This document shows, piece after piece, positions 39,398 through 53,082 of a DNA stretch of 64,000 nt. Every line of letters starts with the position of its first letter. Position 1 is the first letter of the stretch. The position numbers and the translations under genes were made by a program. The notes below the pieces were generated by a model. It did not search any database. It was given only the letters and a program-made list of their open reading frames with translations, and was not told the DNA's origin. The stretch lies in NCBI RefSeq assembly GCF_006345805.1, contig NC_043000.1, positions 117,118,001 to 117,182,000 of the forward strand. Direction: 5' to 3'. This DNA is from Octopus sinensis. Its lineage: Eukaryota.

Positions 39398-40395
39398 AGA
39401 AGCATGGACTTTGCATCAGGACATCTAAAAGACAGATTTAATGTCAGCTTACCCCGATACTCAGCGTTCTTTCGATTGTTTCTATGAAGTATACGGAGCC
39501 ATGTTTTATAGAGACGAATTCTGTAGAATTCTTTCTAAACCGCTTAAAGTAAATTTTACTCTGGTGCAGTTTTTCTCTTAATGACGATCAGGATACCAAA
39601 GAAAGACGTATGAGAATAAGAAAGGGAGTGGACAAATTGCTAGGAGAAAGTACGGGTTGGTGTTATTTATAACCATTGAAATAAACATAACGTATCACAA
39701 CACTTCGTTTCTTGTAATCTAAACGTCAGAAAGCATACATCTTACCTTTTTCTCCACACTGCCATGGCAAAAATCGCTGAGGGTATTCTAGAATTTTGTC
39801 ATACATCAATTGGTACGCAAACACGGCTCAGAACGTAGCGACGGGCGAAATACTGCTAAGCATTTCATCTAGCGTGCTAACGACTCTGCTAGCTCGCCCC
39901 CTTGCCCCTATATATGGTTAGGGATTGATAAGAAAGTACAGAGCCAAACAATAGCATGAGAGCAATTTTCGGCAGACACATTGCATTTTTCATTGACAGG
40001 TTTTATCAACAAAGGACATCAGTCATGATTATATGTCACTGTGATGTGAACATAGAAACTCATTCCTCAGGAAAGACAGAAAATATAGTGAGTTGGTTAA
40101 ACTATGTGAAAACAAGGGGTAGATGGTAATATACCTACCTGTAGAGATAGTTGTTAGGGCGTTTGTTTGGCGCCAAGGTTTACTCAATACTCAAGAGTCT
40201 TGTTAGGTATGAAGGAGACGATAGATGTTGTCAGAAAATTGCCTGAAGCTACTGAGAACGTTATCTATTGCATCTAATTCATGAGCGAGGACGAGTGGTG
40301 GGGCAAGAAGACGCATTGGAAATATTAGAAAAATCTGTATTTAGAAATGGAGTACATAAGCACCTTTACTACACAAATATTTATCTTATTTATTT

Positions 40396-40809
40396 TTATT
40401 TACTACCCACAAGGGGCTAAACACAGAGAGGACAAACAAGGACAGTCAAACGGATTAAGTCGATTATATCGACGCCAGTGCAAAACTGGTACTTAATTTA
40501 TCGACTCCGAAAGGATGAAAGGCAAAGTCGACCTCGGCAGAATTTGAACTCAGAACGTAACGGCAGACGGAATACCTATTTCTTTACAACCCACAAGGGG
40601 CTAAACACAGAGGGGAAAAACAAGGACAGACAAAGGAATTAAGTCGATTATATCGACCCCAGTGCGTAACTCGTAATTAATTTATCGACCCCGAAAGGAT
40701 GAAAGGCAAAGTCAACCTCAGCGGAATTTGAACTCAGAACATAACGGCAGACGAAATACGGCTACGCATTTCGCCTGGCGTGCTAACGTTTCTGCCAGCT
40801 CGCCGCCTT
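40396..40809 (-). mobile_element. SINE family A, dimeric
   Basis: Same structure as 17429-17849; AATATTTATC on both flanks. Confidence 0.9.
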
Positions 40810-42274
40810 ACGAATATTTATCCTAAATGTTATCAAGTTTGTGAATTTCATTAAACTAATCCAGTTTGATTATTTTATGAATTATGTAACGTATCATCAG
40901 TTGCTTTAAAACGTTTTGACTTTTTGAAGCGAGATAACTTTCACATGGAAAGATTTTTGAATGTTAGCTGTACTTCGGGAAGAGGTTATTGATTTTCTTT
41001 TTGTCACACAGAAAATATTTAATAGGAGGGATTTGATTTACATTTATCTTATCTCAGTGACTTTTTCAATGAAGTCAGTAACTTTCAACTTGTCCCTCGA
41101 AGGAGAGTATTCAAATGTAGTTGTGCAAGATGGAAAAAATTCATGCATTATTTGAGAAATTGAAAATTGATTCACTGAATTACACATCATTTCCTTCTCT
41201 TCAGACTTTTACAGAAGCCACAGAAGTTGCAAACACTTTCAGAAATAACTTTCTGAATAATCATGAAAGTTTACTATAAATTTCAGTATAAACACTTATC
41301 CGAGATTCTGGAGAAAAAGAACAATTCGCTTGTGAATCTGCTCATTTGTGTTATTGAAAAAGTTGCGACAGGGGCTAGAAGAGAAATTATTCATATGGAA
41401 ACCAATGCTACTCTAAAAACGTTGTTCCATCCTTTTAACTTTCAAAGCTTTTGGAGTGAATTTGTATCTATTCAATAGTTCCTAAACTGTTCAATTGCTT
41501 CCATTTGGCTCAATATATTCGTAGTAAAAGGATTTTATTTTTTTAGCAAGTATGTAAACGAAATAGATAAAAGGTGTATACAAGTAGAAGATAATATGTA
41601 ACTATGAGATCCAAAAGCTATGAGCTTGCCAATAAGGCTTGCCAATATCATACTTAGAACTGAGGCGTTGAACTGGCGGAATCGTTAATATGCCGGGAGA
41701 AATGATTAGCCGCATTTCGGCCGTCTTCATGTTCTGAGTTCAAGTTCCACCAGGTTCGACTTTGCCTTTCACCCTTTCGGGATCGATGTAATTAACTTGC
41801 ACCCTCCCCCGAATCTGCTGGCGTTGTGCCAAAATTTGAAACCAATTATATACTTAGAACTTTGTCTTTACGTTCAAATCCCAACGAAGTCACCTTTGCC
41901 TTTCATCCTTTCGGAAATTACTGGCCCTATGACAACATCTAAAACCAATATTGTAGACAGAACTTTTAAAGTTTGTTTTAAGAACAATTATTATTTACCT
42001 AAGTTTGCAGTGATGTCATTTCTATTCGTCACCGATTGTCCTTTGGCTTCAAACATATTACCGAAGTAGAAACAACTCAATCTTCGATAATAAAAAAAAA
42101 GAAAAAGAAAAGAAAAGAAAACTGCATTGCAATATGCGAAATGGAATAAAAACAAGATCTGCATCATTCGATGCAAGATTAAATAAGAAATGAATACTTT
42201 GAATTTAATGTACAAAATGTACTGAAAATAGATCTTACGAAATATTGCTTGGCTACAAAAGAAAATAATACACA

Positions 42275-42310
<36 letters not shown>

Positions 42311-42406
42311 AACTGGAATTTACAAAGAGCAAACAAAACAAAAGACGAAGACGGTGTGTAAACGACAAACAGATGCATTAGGTTAACACTAGGGAAGTGA
42401 AAAAGT

Positions 42407-42442
42407 CTTTTACGTTTCGAGTCCACGCTCTTCAACAGAAAG
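42407..42442 (-). ncRNA. Variant hammerhead-like motif (CUGUUGAA core)
   Basis: cttt-CTGTTGAA-gagc-gtgg-actc-GAAAC-GTA-aaag. Confidence 0.45.
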
Positions 42443-42502
42443 GAATACAGAAATAAACAGAGAGAAAATAAAGAAAGGTTTAGTGGCTAGCGATCAATCA
42501 TG

Positions 42503-42546
<44 letters not shown>

Positions 42547-42548
<2 letters not shown>

Positions 42549-42890
42549 AGGCGCAATGGCCCAGTGGTTAGTGTAGCGGACTCGCGGTTTCGAGTCCCAG
42601 ACCGGGAGTTGTAAGTGTTTATCGAGCGAAAACACCTTAAGCTCCACGTGGATCCGGCAGAGGGTGGTGGCGAACCCTTCTGTATTCTTTCACCACAACT
42701 TTCACTCTTTTTTCCTGTTGATCTTGTATCTGTATTTCAAAGGGCCAGCCTTCCCACATTCTGTGTCACACTGAATCTCCCCGAGAACTGTGTTAAGGTA
42801 GACGTGTCTGTGGAGTGCTCAGCCACTTGCAGGTTAATTTCACGAGCAAGCTTTTCTGTTGATCGGATAAACAGGATCCCTCGTCCTCGT
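42547..42890 (+). mobile_element. SINE family C
   Basis: Head identical in type to 24381. Confidence 0.8.
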
Positions 42891-42914
42891 AAGCCTTTAG
42901 GATTTGTTTACAAG

Positions 42915-42966
<52 letters not shown>

Positions 42967-43477
42967 TCATGAAAAATGAGAAGTTAAAAAGATCCCAAAA
43001 GCAATGAGCTGGCGGAACCATTTGCATGTCGGACAAAATGCTAGTTCTTTCTGCTTCTTTACATTTTGGGTTCAAATGCCACCGAGAGCAACTTTGTTTT
43101 TTATCCGGGTCGATGAAATAAAGTACCAGTCAAGTATCTTGGTCGATTTAACATTTATTCAAATTTTTAAAAAACTATAAACGTTGTAAAAAGTAGAGTT
43201 ATAAAAACCGATGAACCACTACGATAAAGATATTCTTTGGTTTTAATTAAAATAACAAATATTGGAAAGGATTAAATAAATAAAAAGAAAATAGATAATT
43301 GAGCGAATATATCTCATAAATGAATATCAGATACTTGATATAATCTCTTCAAAAAACCGGCTTTCATCAGGTAGATTTCCCACAGTCTTGAACTACAAGG
43401 TAACAAACCACCTGTCAAATCACCTTTCTCCTACACAGGATACCTTTTGCTATCCTGTAGTATGTATTTAGAATGTA

Positions 43478-43610
43478 GCAGGGTTCGCCACCACCCCCTG
43501 CCGAAGCCACGTGGAGCATTAGGTGTTTTCGCTCAATAAACACAATGCCTGGTTTTGGAATCGAAACCGCGAGTCCGCTGCCCTAAACACTGAGCCATTG
43601 CGCCCGCTCC
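43478..43610 (-). mobile_element. SINE family C, 5' part
   Basis: Reverse complement of the family C head. Confidence 0.7.
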
Positions 43611-43622
43611 CATATATATGTA

Positions 43623-43707
<85 letters not shown>

Positions 43708-43775
43708 TTGATCGCTAGCTACTAAACTTTTTTATATTTTCTCTCTTTTTTTTCTCACTGTTTATATCCGTATTC

Positions 43776-43811
43776 CTTTCTGTTGAAGAGCGTAGGCTCG
43801 AAACGTAAAAG
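43776..43811 (+). ncRNA. Variant hammerhead-like motif (CUGUUGAA core)
   Basis: cttt-CTGTTGAA-GAGC-gtag-GCTC-GAAAC-GTA-aaag. Confidence 0.55.
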
Positions 43812-44080
43812 ACTTTCTCACCTCCCTAGAATTAATTGCTTTTATCTTGAACATGATCATAATACAGTTCCGAAAAGAGAATACAAACTGCTCACATCCA
43901 AGCTACTTGCACGTTGTTCTATTCACTTGGTTGTGCAGGTTCAATTGAGAAAAATAATGATAAAATCCATAAAAAATGAACTTCCTAAAAGCACATAACC
44001 AGATGTTATAAATAAATTGTCTTGTGAAGTTTAACTTTCTGTACGACATGCATACTTTTCAGTTTCATTTTTCTGATATA

Positions 44081-44253
44081 GGCATAGGAGTAGCTGTGTG
44101 GTAAGTAGATTGCTTACGAACCACATCGTTCCGGGTTCACTCTCACTGCGTGGCACCTTGGGCAAGTGTCTTCTACTATAGCCTCGGGCCGACCAAAGCA
44201 TTGTGAGTGGATTTGGTAGACGGAAACTGAAAGAAGCCCGTCGTATATATGTA

Positions 44254-44316
<63 letters not shown>

Positions 44317-44528
44317 TTGTGTGTCTGTGTTTTTCCTCCCCAACAACGCTTGACAACCGATGCTGGTGTGTTTACGTCTCCGTAACTTAGAGTTTCGGCA
44401 AAAGAGACCGATAGAATAAGTACTAGGCTTCCAAAGAATAAGTCTTGGGGTCGATTTGCTCGACTGAAAGCGGTGTACCAGCATGGCCACAGTCAAATGA
44501 CAGAAACAAGTAAAAAGAGTAAAGAGAA
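44081..44528 (+). mobile_element. SINE family B, full length
   Basis: GGCATAGGAGTAGCTGTGTGGTAAG head, B-box, CCTTGGGCAAGTGTC core, internal microsatellite, tail ..GAAACAAGTAAAAAGAGT. Confidence 0.9.
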
Positions 44529-45215
44529 TATATTTTGGTAAATATTTACGAGATGTAAAATTTGTGTTTTGGCAAAGATGTTCTGTGTCACTAATCATCA
44601 GCACCTAAAAAAAGCGCACAAGGGCTATGACTGTCCTTTTCTACACAAATGTGATGAAATTTTATGTTCCTTTCATCTTTTTAAGAGGAATTTTCCGTTA
44701 CATAATAAACAAACGTCTCTTGAAGGTAATACAGTTATTAAACAATATAAGAAATACATTGAGTATGGTTTATGTGCGAGGGGAAAAGGTTTCAAGGTGA
44801 TTATGTCACATCCCTGTATAACAGCCGACGAGCAATAGCCAATAATTTCTAAGTTTGGGCTAAAAGTCTACAATACTTCACCTTGTTTCCAATACTCTAC
44901 CGTAAATAACTAGTTTGGTGCCAGCTCCCTAGCCTATGGCGCTTGATCTCCCATCCGTAATAGGATCGCAGGACAAATTTTGATAATTCTATGAAATACC
45001 GGAATATGCGTTATGTAGGTATTTATGTACACACACACAACCGCATACACACATCACACACACACACAAACACACTCACTCACACAAATAAATATACAAT
45101 ATATATATATATATATATATAAAATATTATTAGAGACAAAACCACTATTTTGCAAAACAAACAAGGAAAGACTTAATCAATACATAAAATTTTAATAAAT
45201 AGTCAAAAAAAACCG

Positions 45216-45258
45216 CCACTACAATTGTTTCTTGTCTTGATCGACAATCTTCAGGTGG
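45216..45258 (-). ncRNA. Minimal type I hammerhead ribozyme
   Basis: Reverse complement of 46473-46515. Confidence 0.9.
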
Positions 45259-46472
45259 ACTTCCAATCTAAAATATCAATATTTTAAAATATAAAAATAA
45301 TAATTTTAAAATAATTAAAGTATGAATGAAAAAATGTAAATATATAATCCATATATAACCTATATATAATCCATATATAATCAATATATAAACAATATAT
45401 AAACTAAAATAAACCTATCAACAATTAAATATAAAATATAAAATATAAAATATGTTATGGGTGTGTGGTTTACGTGTGTGTATTTGTGTGTGAATGTATA
45501 GGTTAAAGGGATTCCTATATAAGTATGTTATAGTGTTTAGTAAAGGGAGGTTTTATCATTTATGTTTTGTGAGTTTTAGCTTATCATGGTAGTTTTATAA
45601 AAGAATCCATTCATAATTTTTGTGTTTATTTGTCTGTGTGGGGTTGAGTGGGTTTTTGGAGTATATGTTGAGGTTTATATGTATGTATAGGTATGTGTAA
45701 GTGGTGTGGGTATTTGTATATGTCGTGGGTGTGTGGTTTACGTGTGTGTATTTGTGTGTGAATGTTTAGGTTAGGGGGATTGCTATATAGGTATGTTATA
45801 GAGTTTAGTAAAGGGAGATTTTATCATTATATGTTTTTATGAGTTTTGGTTTATCATGGTAGGTTGTTAAGGAATTCGTAGTAATTTGTGTCTATTTGCG
45901 ATGTCTGTTGTTTTATTGCATTGTTTCATTCATAATTTTTAAGTAGTGTTAGTTTTACCAAGTGAATATAATTTTTAATTCCATTTATTCCATTTCTCCG
46001 TTCATAATTTTAAGTGATGTCCGTTTTCTAGAGCGTGAATGTGGGTTGTATGTGTGTGTGTGTGGGAGTATGAATAAGTATTGTGTTGAAGTATTTAGCT
46101 ATTTTATTTATTTATAGTTGCCTAGACGTTTTTATGTGTATGTATAGGGATATATATATAGGTGTGTGATTTAGTGTATGTAGTTAGATATGGTTATATA
46201 TAATTAGGTATATGTGTATGGGTGTATATATAGTTTATTATTATATTATTATTATTTTTTTGTTTTGTTTTATATTTTATATTTTATATTTTATATTTTA
46301 TATTAATTGTTGATAGGTTTATTTTAGTTTATATATTGTTTATATATTGATTATATATGGATTATATATAGGTTATATATGGATTATATATTTACATTTT
46401 TTCATTCATACTTTAATTATTTTAAAATTATTATTTTTATATTTTAAAATATTGATATTTTAGATTGGAAGT

Positions 46473-46515
46473 CCACCTGAAGATTGTCGATCAAGACAAG
46501 AAACAATTGTAGTGG
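46473..46515 (+). ncRNA. Minimal type I hammerhead ribozyme
   Basis: ccac-CTGAAGA-TTGTC-gatcaa-GACAA-GAAAC-aatt-GTA-gtgg. Confidence 0.9.
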
Positions 46516-46690
46516 CGGTTTTTTTTGACTATTTATTAAAATTTTATGTATTGATTAAGTCTTTCCTTGTTTGTTTTGCAAAATAGTGGTTTTGTCTCTA
46601 ATAATATTTTATAATATTTTACTATAAAATTGGATTTAATCCTAAATCTGATTTTTTCCCTGTAAATTTGGATTTATTCCCTAATATTTA

Positions 46691-46721
<31 letters not shown>

Positions 46722-48221
46722 CAGTATGTATACATATGTGTGTGCGTGTGTGTGCATGTATATGAATGTATAAATATCATATGTGTGTATGTATGTATGC
46801 ATGTATGTATGTATGTATATATGTATACATATATACATATATATATATATATGTATGTATGTATATATACAGTTACTACTCATTTTTGTCAGCTGAGTGG
46901 ACTGGAGCAACGTGAAATAAAGTGTCTTGCTTAAGGACACAACGCGTCGCCGGGAACGGGACTCACGCCCTTACGATCGTAGCTTAGTTGTTATGGAATA
47001 TATACATATACATATATATATATATATACACACACACATAGATATATATATAATATATGGTATATATATTTGCTAAAAGGTGGCATTCTTGTGGTAACGT
47101 GACCGACTTTTAATTTTCATCGCCCCCGTTTTCTTTTTTGTGTTACGCTGCCAACACACACAGAATACAACAAAACTAAGAATAGGAATAGAAAAAAATA
47201 ATGAAATTTAGAAAAGAAATTAAAAACACGAAATCTGGAAGAGAAGTATAACGAACTCAAAATAAGCAAAATGAATGAATAAATGAATAATTAAATAAAA
47301 TAAATCTTCTGAAGAATTAACAAAAAAAAAATGAACTCATAACTAGACGAACAGAAATATAAGCCAAATTGAATTCAATAAATATGTAATGATTTTAAGC
47401 TATAAAGATGAAAATATACATTGAGTATGATAATAAACTAAGGCTGGGTTGTAAATAATTAAAAACATAAAAATTGCTAGATTTTTCAATAAAGCAGCTA
47501 TACAGCAAACCGATGACATAGCAACAGCAAAAGCTGATGAAGAGTTTTTCCATCAGAGACATACTGGAGACATACATGGGCATCTGTATCACACTATAGT
47601 CACGGATAATCCACCGTAAATTGATTATTCTCAACACATTATATTACACAGGAATTTCTGAACCTAACGCCAAATTAATGAGAGGTACCTCCGCAAAAAC
47701 CGATAGATTCAAAAGTAAACTCGCTCGTTATTAAGAACTTACTGTTTTCTCAAAGGAGCAAGCTGTATTTTGTATTATGTTATCCTAGACACTTACTGAA
47801 TAAAAATACGAAATTGTGAGACGAGATTATCCTTTCCAAGGGACATTTGAATAGATATAATTAGAAATAGTCGACAGCAAAAGCAACTTAGGTGATAGCT
47901 TCTTCATAGACACTTGACCTGCTATAATCAATAGCCACCTATATGCCCGTGCGTACAAGTTTCTCCTCTTTACGCCGCCGACGTTATGCAAGGTAAAGGC
48001 CGTCTCTTCGGCACCGATACAGCTTCGTTGCAACATCATCATAGGTATTTGCGTGAGAAAGCAAAGAGCCTTAACAGATGATACAAGGCATCTGACTGAA
48101 TTTCTTACGGTTCCGCGATCCACCGTACTGGATCACGGTTTTTTTATCGATCTTGAAGGGACGAGAGCTGTGGGTAGGATTTGAATTCAGAGCGCAGAGC
48201 TGGAAGTAATTATATATGTAA

Positions 48222-48253
<32 letters not shown>

Positions 48254-48341
48254 ATATATATATATGATATAAAACTACAGTACAAAGACAGGACAGAAAA
48301 ATTTGTATAGGTACACGCTCAGGGAAAATAGAAGGAAAAGC

Positions 48342-48377
48342 CTTTCACATTTCGAGCAAACGCTCTTCTACAGAAAA
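48342..48377 (-). ncRNA. Degenerate variant hammerhead-like motif (CUGUAGAA core)
   Basis: tttt-CTGTAGAA-GAGC-gttt-GCTC-GAAAT-GTG-aaag. Confidence 0.35.
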
Positions 48378-49937
48378 ATATGCATGACGAGAGAAAAAAT
48401 TAGAAGGGATAAAAAAAATAGACGTGTCTTAATTAGACGGTCACCACATGCTGAAATGACCAGAATTAGGAGGAGGCCGCTAGAGGCGTGAGTCACAAGT
48501 AGAACAAATGTGAGGGTTGACTAGAAGTGTGGATCGCAAGGGGGATAACTTTTAACTTGACATATGAATGTGTGTGTGAGAGAGTACGCGCACAGGTATG
48601 TATGAAGCTAATGTGATGCCTATATTAATATATCTTCCCCAGTCAAAACATATCAAAATATAACCCATACAGCTCTTGTGTGGTCTGTGGCAAGAGAATC
48701 CGTCTGGCAGCAGAAGGGAAGAAGAAAGGTGTATTTGTGTGTGTGTGTGGTGTGTGTGTGTGTGTATGTGTGTGTATGTGTGTGTCTGTGTGCATTGTGT
48801 GTCTGTGTGCATGCGTGTGTGTTTTGTGTGTGTGTTTGTGTGTGTTTGTGCTAGCATGTAATATGTGAAATGCAGTTTTAAATGTATTATTATTAATGAT
48901 ATAACGCTGTATATTAACATAATTTAGCCCCGAGTCTTCCCTTATCGAGTAAGTAGGTATGTGATCCACATCTTTCCAGCCATTAATTTGAATTTACTTT
49001 TGTAAATCATGGACTACATTATCGTATATGTTTTTTCTCTTTTTAGAGTTTCATTTGCAAATATTTGGTCGTTATTTCTCGCATATCAAGCGACTTCGGT
49101 GTTTATAACGCTCCAGATTTTTCTACGCTTTCACTTGCTGGTTTATATTTCAAAACATCAGCATATATCTCGATATATGAATATTTTGACAGTTCCTTTT
49201 GAAGGAGTTTACTCTGTTCGCTCACATGGAACTGCATAGATGGAACATTGCCAAACGATGACAAAGATATTGGTTATGATTACAAATAACGGGATATTCG
49301 ATAGCTGAGTTCCAAAGCTTTTCACCAAGTTTGAATTTACATATATCATTACAGACGTATAAAATTGTTGACAGATTGAAAGATAAGATTAGAAATTAAA
49401 TTATCTATTTATTATACGAATCCATTTTCCTTCTTAGATTCTCTCATACGTTTTTCATTTCCTTCTTTCACTCCTTTTCTTGTATTTATTTTATCCTTCT
49501 TTATCTATTTATGACTTATTCTGCAACACATTACACCCTGGCAAACTTTAACATTTACACTGAATATTATAAACATGTTTGTTTTAAAATTGCTTTGCAC
49601 TTGGTATAATTTTATTTTCGAGAGCCGTTTCAGCGAAAATTGGAATGGAATGAAATGAAATATAACATTCCATTAAACGGTTTAACTAAATATCAATATG
49701 TGTTTTAAACAATTTGGACAATGCAGCGAACCGTAATTAGTAAAACCAACCTACTTGAATGGTGGTTTATCAATTTGGTCGTGTTTGTTCTTTCTGCGAG
49801 GACTTGTGTGCCTTACTTCATAAGTTTTGTTAATTAGTCCTTGGTATTTTAGAGGGTTTTGCTGTTATCCTTTTTGATTTTGTCGTTGATGATATTTACT
49901 TGGTTCTAGAAGTTTTCTCTAAAGATATTCCTAACGT

Positions 49938-50175
49938 AAGGCGGCGAGCTGGCAGAAACGTTAGCACGCCGAGCAAAATGTGTAGCCGTATTTCGTCTGC
50001 CGTTACATTCTGAGTTCAAATTCCGCCGAGGTCGACTTTGCCTTTCATCTTTTCGGGGTCGATAAATTATGTACCAGTTGCGCACTGGGTTTGATATAAT
50101 CGACTTAATCCGTTTGTCTGTCCTTGTTTGTCCCCTCTGTGTTTAGCCCCTTGTGGGTAGTAAAGAAATAGGTAT
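49938..50175 (+). mobile_element. SINE family A, full length
   Basis: TATTCCTAAC duplicated on both flanks. Confidence 0.9.
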
Positions 50176-50636
50176 TCCTAACATATAAATATCAAAACAC
50201 AGTGTGTATGAAAAATCCACCCACCACCAAAAAAAAGCGGTCTTGAGAAAGAGAAAAATCTTACTAAACTCTTGTGTAAATTGAAAGAACGATGGTTATA
50301 AAATATAAGTGTCAATCACACATCTTGATCGAATATCGATGATGACTGAGTGTAGAGAGGTGGTAAGATAAAAAAAGATTTTCTGTTTAGAATTCTGAAT
50401 CAACTATATGCTCCATTATCAGTTTTAAGTGTAATATAACCATTCAATGTATACTAGTACCATGCTAGTATCTGTAAAAATAAAAGATGAACGGGAAGAC
50501 TATGCTAATGCTGTTATGAAATAAATGATAAATAAGGGCTCTTTGCAGGTTATGGTGTGTCGAAAGGAGCAGTAAATAACTTCAAAAAACTATTTTATTT
50601 AATAAGAAATATTGTGACGAATTAGCTTTTGGAATA

Positions 50637-51250
50637 AGGCGGCGAGGTTGTAGAATCGTTAGCACGCCGGGCGAAATGCTTAGCGATATTACGTCTACCG
50701 TTACCTTCGGAATTCAAATTCCGCCGAGGTCGACTTTGCCTTTCATCATTTCGGGGTCGAAAAATTAAGTAGCAGTTACGCACTGGGGTCGATATAATCG
50801 ACTTAATCCCTTTGTCTGTCCTTGTTTGTCCCCTCTGTGTTTAGCCCCTTGTGGGTAGTAAAGAAATAGATATTTCGTCTAGCACTACGTTGTGAGTTAA
50901 AATTCCACCGAGGTCGAATTTGCCTTTCATTCTTTCGGGATCGATTAAAGAAAATACCAGTTATTCACTGGGGTCGATATAATCGACATAATCCGTTTGT
51001 CTGTCCTTGTTTGTCCACTCTGTGTGTAGTCCCTTGTGGGCAGGAAAGAAATAAGAATCGTAAGCACGCCGGACAAAATGCTTAGAAGCATTTCTTCCGG
51101 TTTTACGTTCTGAGTTCAAATCTCGTCGATATCTACTTTTCCTTTCATCCTTCTGGGGTCAGTAAAACAAGTACCAGTGAAGCACTGGTGTTGATTTAGT
51201 CTAGCACCCGCTTCCTCAAAGTTTTAGGCCTTGTGTCTATAGCAGAAATG
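50637..51250 (+). mobile_element. Dimeric SINE A inserted into an older alternative-tail SINE A
   Basis: Three cores in series; AGAATCGTTA repeated at 50652 and 51054. Confidence 0.8.
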
Positions 51251-51861
51251 ATTTACTAACAGGAATGAAAGACTGATAATTTGTGAATGAATCCTCTTTC
51301 GTTTAAAGTATTAGTATTTCAGTTTTGGGATCAATTCAACAACCTTTTCCTAAAATTGTAGCGTAAGTGACTGAGTATTCCACAAACATTTCTACCCTTA
51401 ACACAATGCACAATAGATTTGATGTGAGATAAAGGCAAGTCCTTCAAATTAATGTCACAATCCATGCAACATGTCACCACTCGGTTTCTGTCGCCCCCAG
51501 TTTCATCTGGGTCAAGATACTGGCTCCTGGTGTTGGTTAGTGGCTTGTAATGCTCTTAGTATAATTTTATTTTCGAGATACTTATAAGCGAAACTTATAT
51601 ATATATATATTAGAAGAAGTAAGGCACTCAGAAATCTGGATGGTTTTATATTTACAGATATTTATTAATATGTCACATGTTTTTATAAATTATATATTAG
51701 CGCTTGCGTCCACTCTAGTGGAGTCTTCAGATTGAATTTTTTCAGGAGATTTGTCTCTTTTTATAGTATTATTGAGTGTGTAGGGGTGGAGAGAGATATA
51801 AGATAGTAAAAGAGGGTGGGGAATGGGGAGAACGTGAGAGAGAGTGTGTGCGTGTGCCTTT

Positions 51862-52071
51862 GTATCTGAAAGAAGTGTCAATGGAAAAGAGAAGGAAAGG
51901 AAGAGAGAAAGTAGAAAAAATGTGTTTACTTTTATACAGCTGGTCAGTTCTTTCAATACAAAGTGATTCTTGGCTTTTAGAAATAGCAAAACCAGGTGGC
52001 TACTCCAGGGGTGGGGTTAAATGTTATTTTTCAAAAAATTGTCTGGATTTCTTTTTATTATTGTCTTTTGA

Positions 52072-52102
<31 letters not shown>

Positions 52103-52289
52103 CATGTGCATGTGTGTGTGGATGTCGGTGTATCTGACATGAGTGTCAATGGAAAAGAGAAGGAACGAGAGAAGGAAGAGAAATAGAAGAAAAAAATGTG
52201 TGTTTACATCTTTGCAGTTGGTCAGTTCTTTCAATAGAAAGTGATTCTTGTCCTTTAAAAATGGTAAACCAGCTGGCTACTCCACGGGA
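51862..52289. repeat. ~150-bp imperfect direct repeat
   Basis: GTATCTGA..GTGTCAATGGAAAAGAGAAGG..GGCTACTCCA at 51862-52010 and 52130-52289. Confidence 0.8.
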
Positions 52290-52327
52290 GGTCTCTAGTT
52301 TTCAACACCATGACACAATTCATTCTG

Positions 52328-52620
52328 CCAGTTAGGATGACCACATCTTTTAACTTTTGCATCCTTTATTCTTGATAATAATTTCGCATTTGTGAGGACG
52401 TTCTTTAATGTCTTTGGTTGTTTATTTCTTTTAATAATTTTATGAGTACGTAGAATTTCCTTCCATTTGGCGTTCTTATGGAATATTGGGAGATTTAGGA
52501 CAATGATTTTAAATGCTTCGTTGTTTCTGGAGTTGCATGTGGATACATAATGTAGTGATTTCAGAGTAGGTGTGTGACTGTGTTCGACTTTTTTAATGTT
52601 TCGATGTCAATAGATTTTAA
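52328..52620 (-). pseudogene. Penelope-like element ORF fragment (RT thumb / linker before GIY-YIG)
   Basis: Manual translation: LHYVSTCNSRNNEAFKIIVLNLPIFHKNAKWKEILRTHKIIKRNKQPKTLKNVLTNAKL..VKRCGHPN, matching the PLE pattern P(F/Y)V.TYNP...LP.L......RQP.NL...L.A....C..P.C. Confidence 0.75.
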
Positions 52621-53082
52621 ATCTATGAATTGAACTTCAAAGAGGAATTCAGTTCAGAGAACCCATTCTTGAAGAAAAAAAACAAAAATTGAGCAACAAA
52701 CAAGCCACCCACAACCATGTGAGTATAATAGAGAACAAGACCATAAACCCTTATTATGATCCATACAGCATGAATAGAAATCACCAGCCACGTTCTAATA
52801 CCAAGCATAACCACCCCATAACCCAAAAATACTAGCCTACCCCCAATGCGGGAACAACACGAAATAATACCAGGAATGGAAACATCCCACAAACCAGAAA
52901 CTTCACGCAAAATTACAATACATTCAGGAAATTTAACCAATTCCCAGGAATGACGAAAACACCAGGCACCACACACAATACTAACCAAAGAACCCTTAAA
53001 TCCAGGAACTTTTCAGCACCCACTCCTACACACATACATATATATATATATAATATATATATATTATATATATATATATATA

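Larger units (their letters stand above)
45121..46690. mobile_element. Large Penelope-pLTR-like inverted repeat (~330-bp arms) with two divergent hammerheads
   Basis: Arms 45121-45452 / 46272-46610; right arm extended to 46690; GT-rich spacer with an internal direct repeat; same family as 29215-29639. Confidence 0.85.

Noticed and set aside
37800-40240. Possible minus-strand host exons (donor-like sites near 37811, 39746, 40139)
   Set aside because: Stops in the frames tested, weak acceptors and no recognisable protein family.
43335-43375. Minus-strand CTGATGA-aagccggtttt-GAAG
   Set aside because: No GAAA core and no convincing helices.
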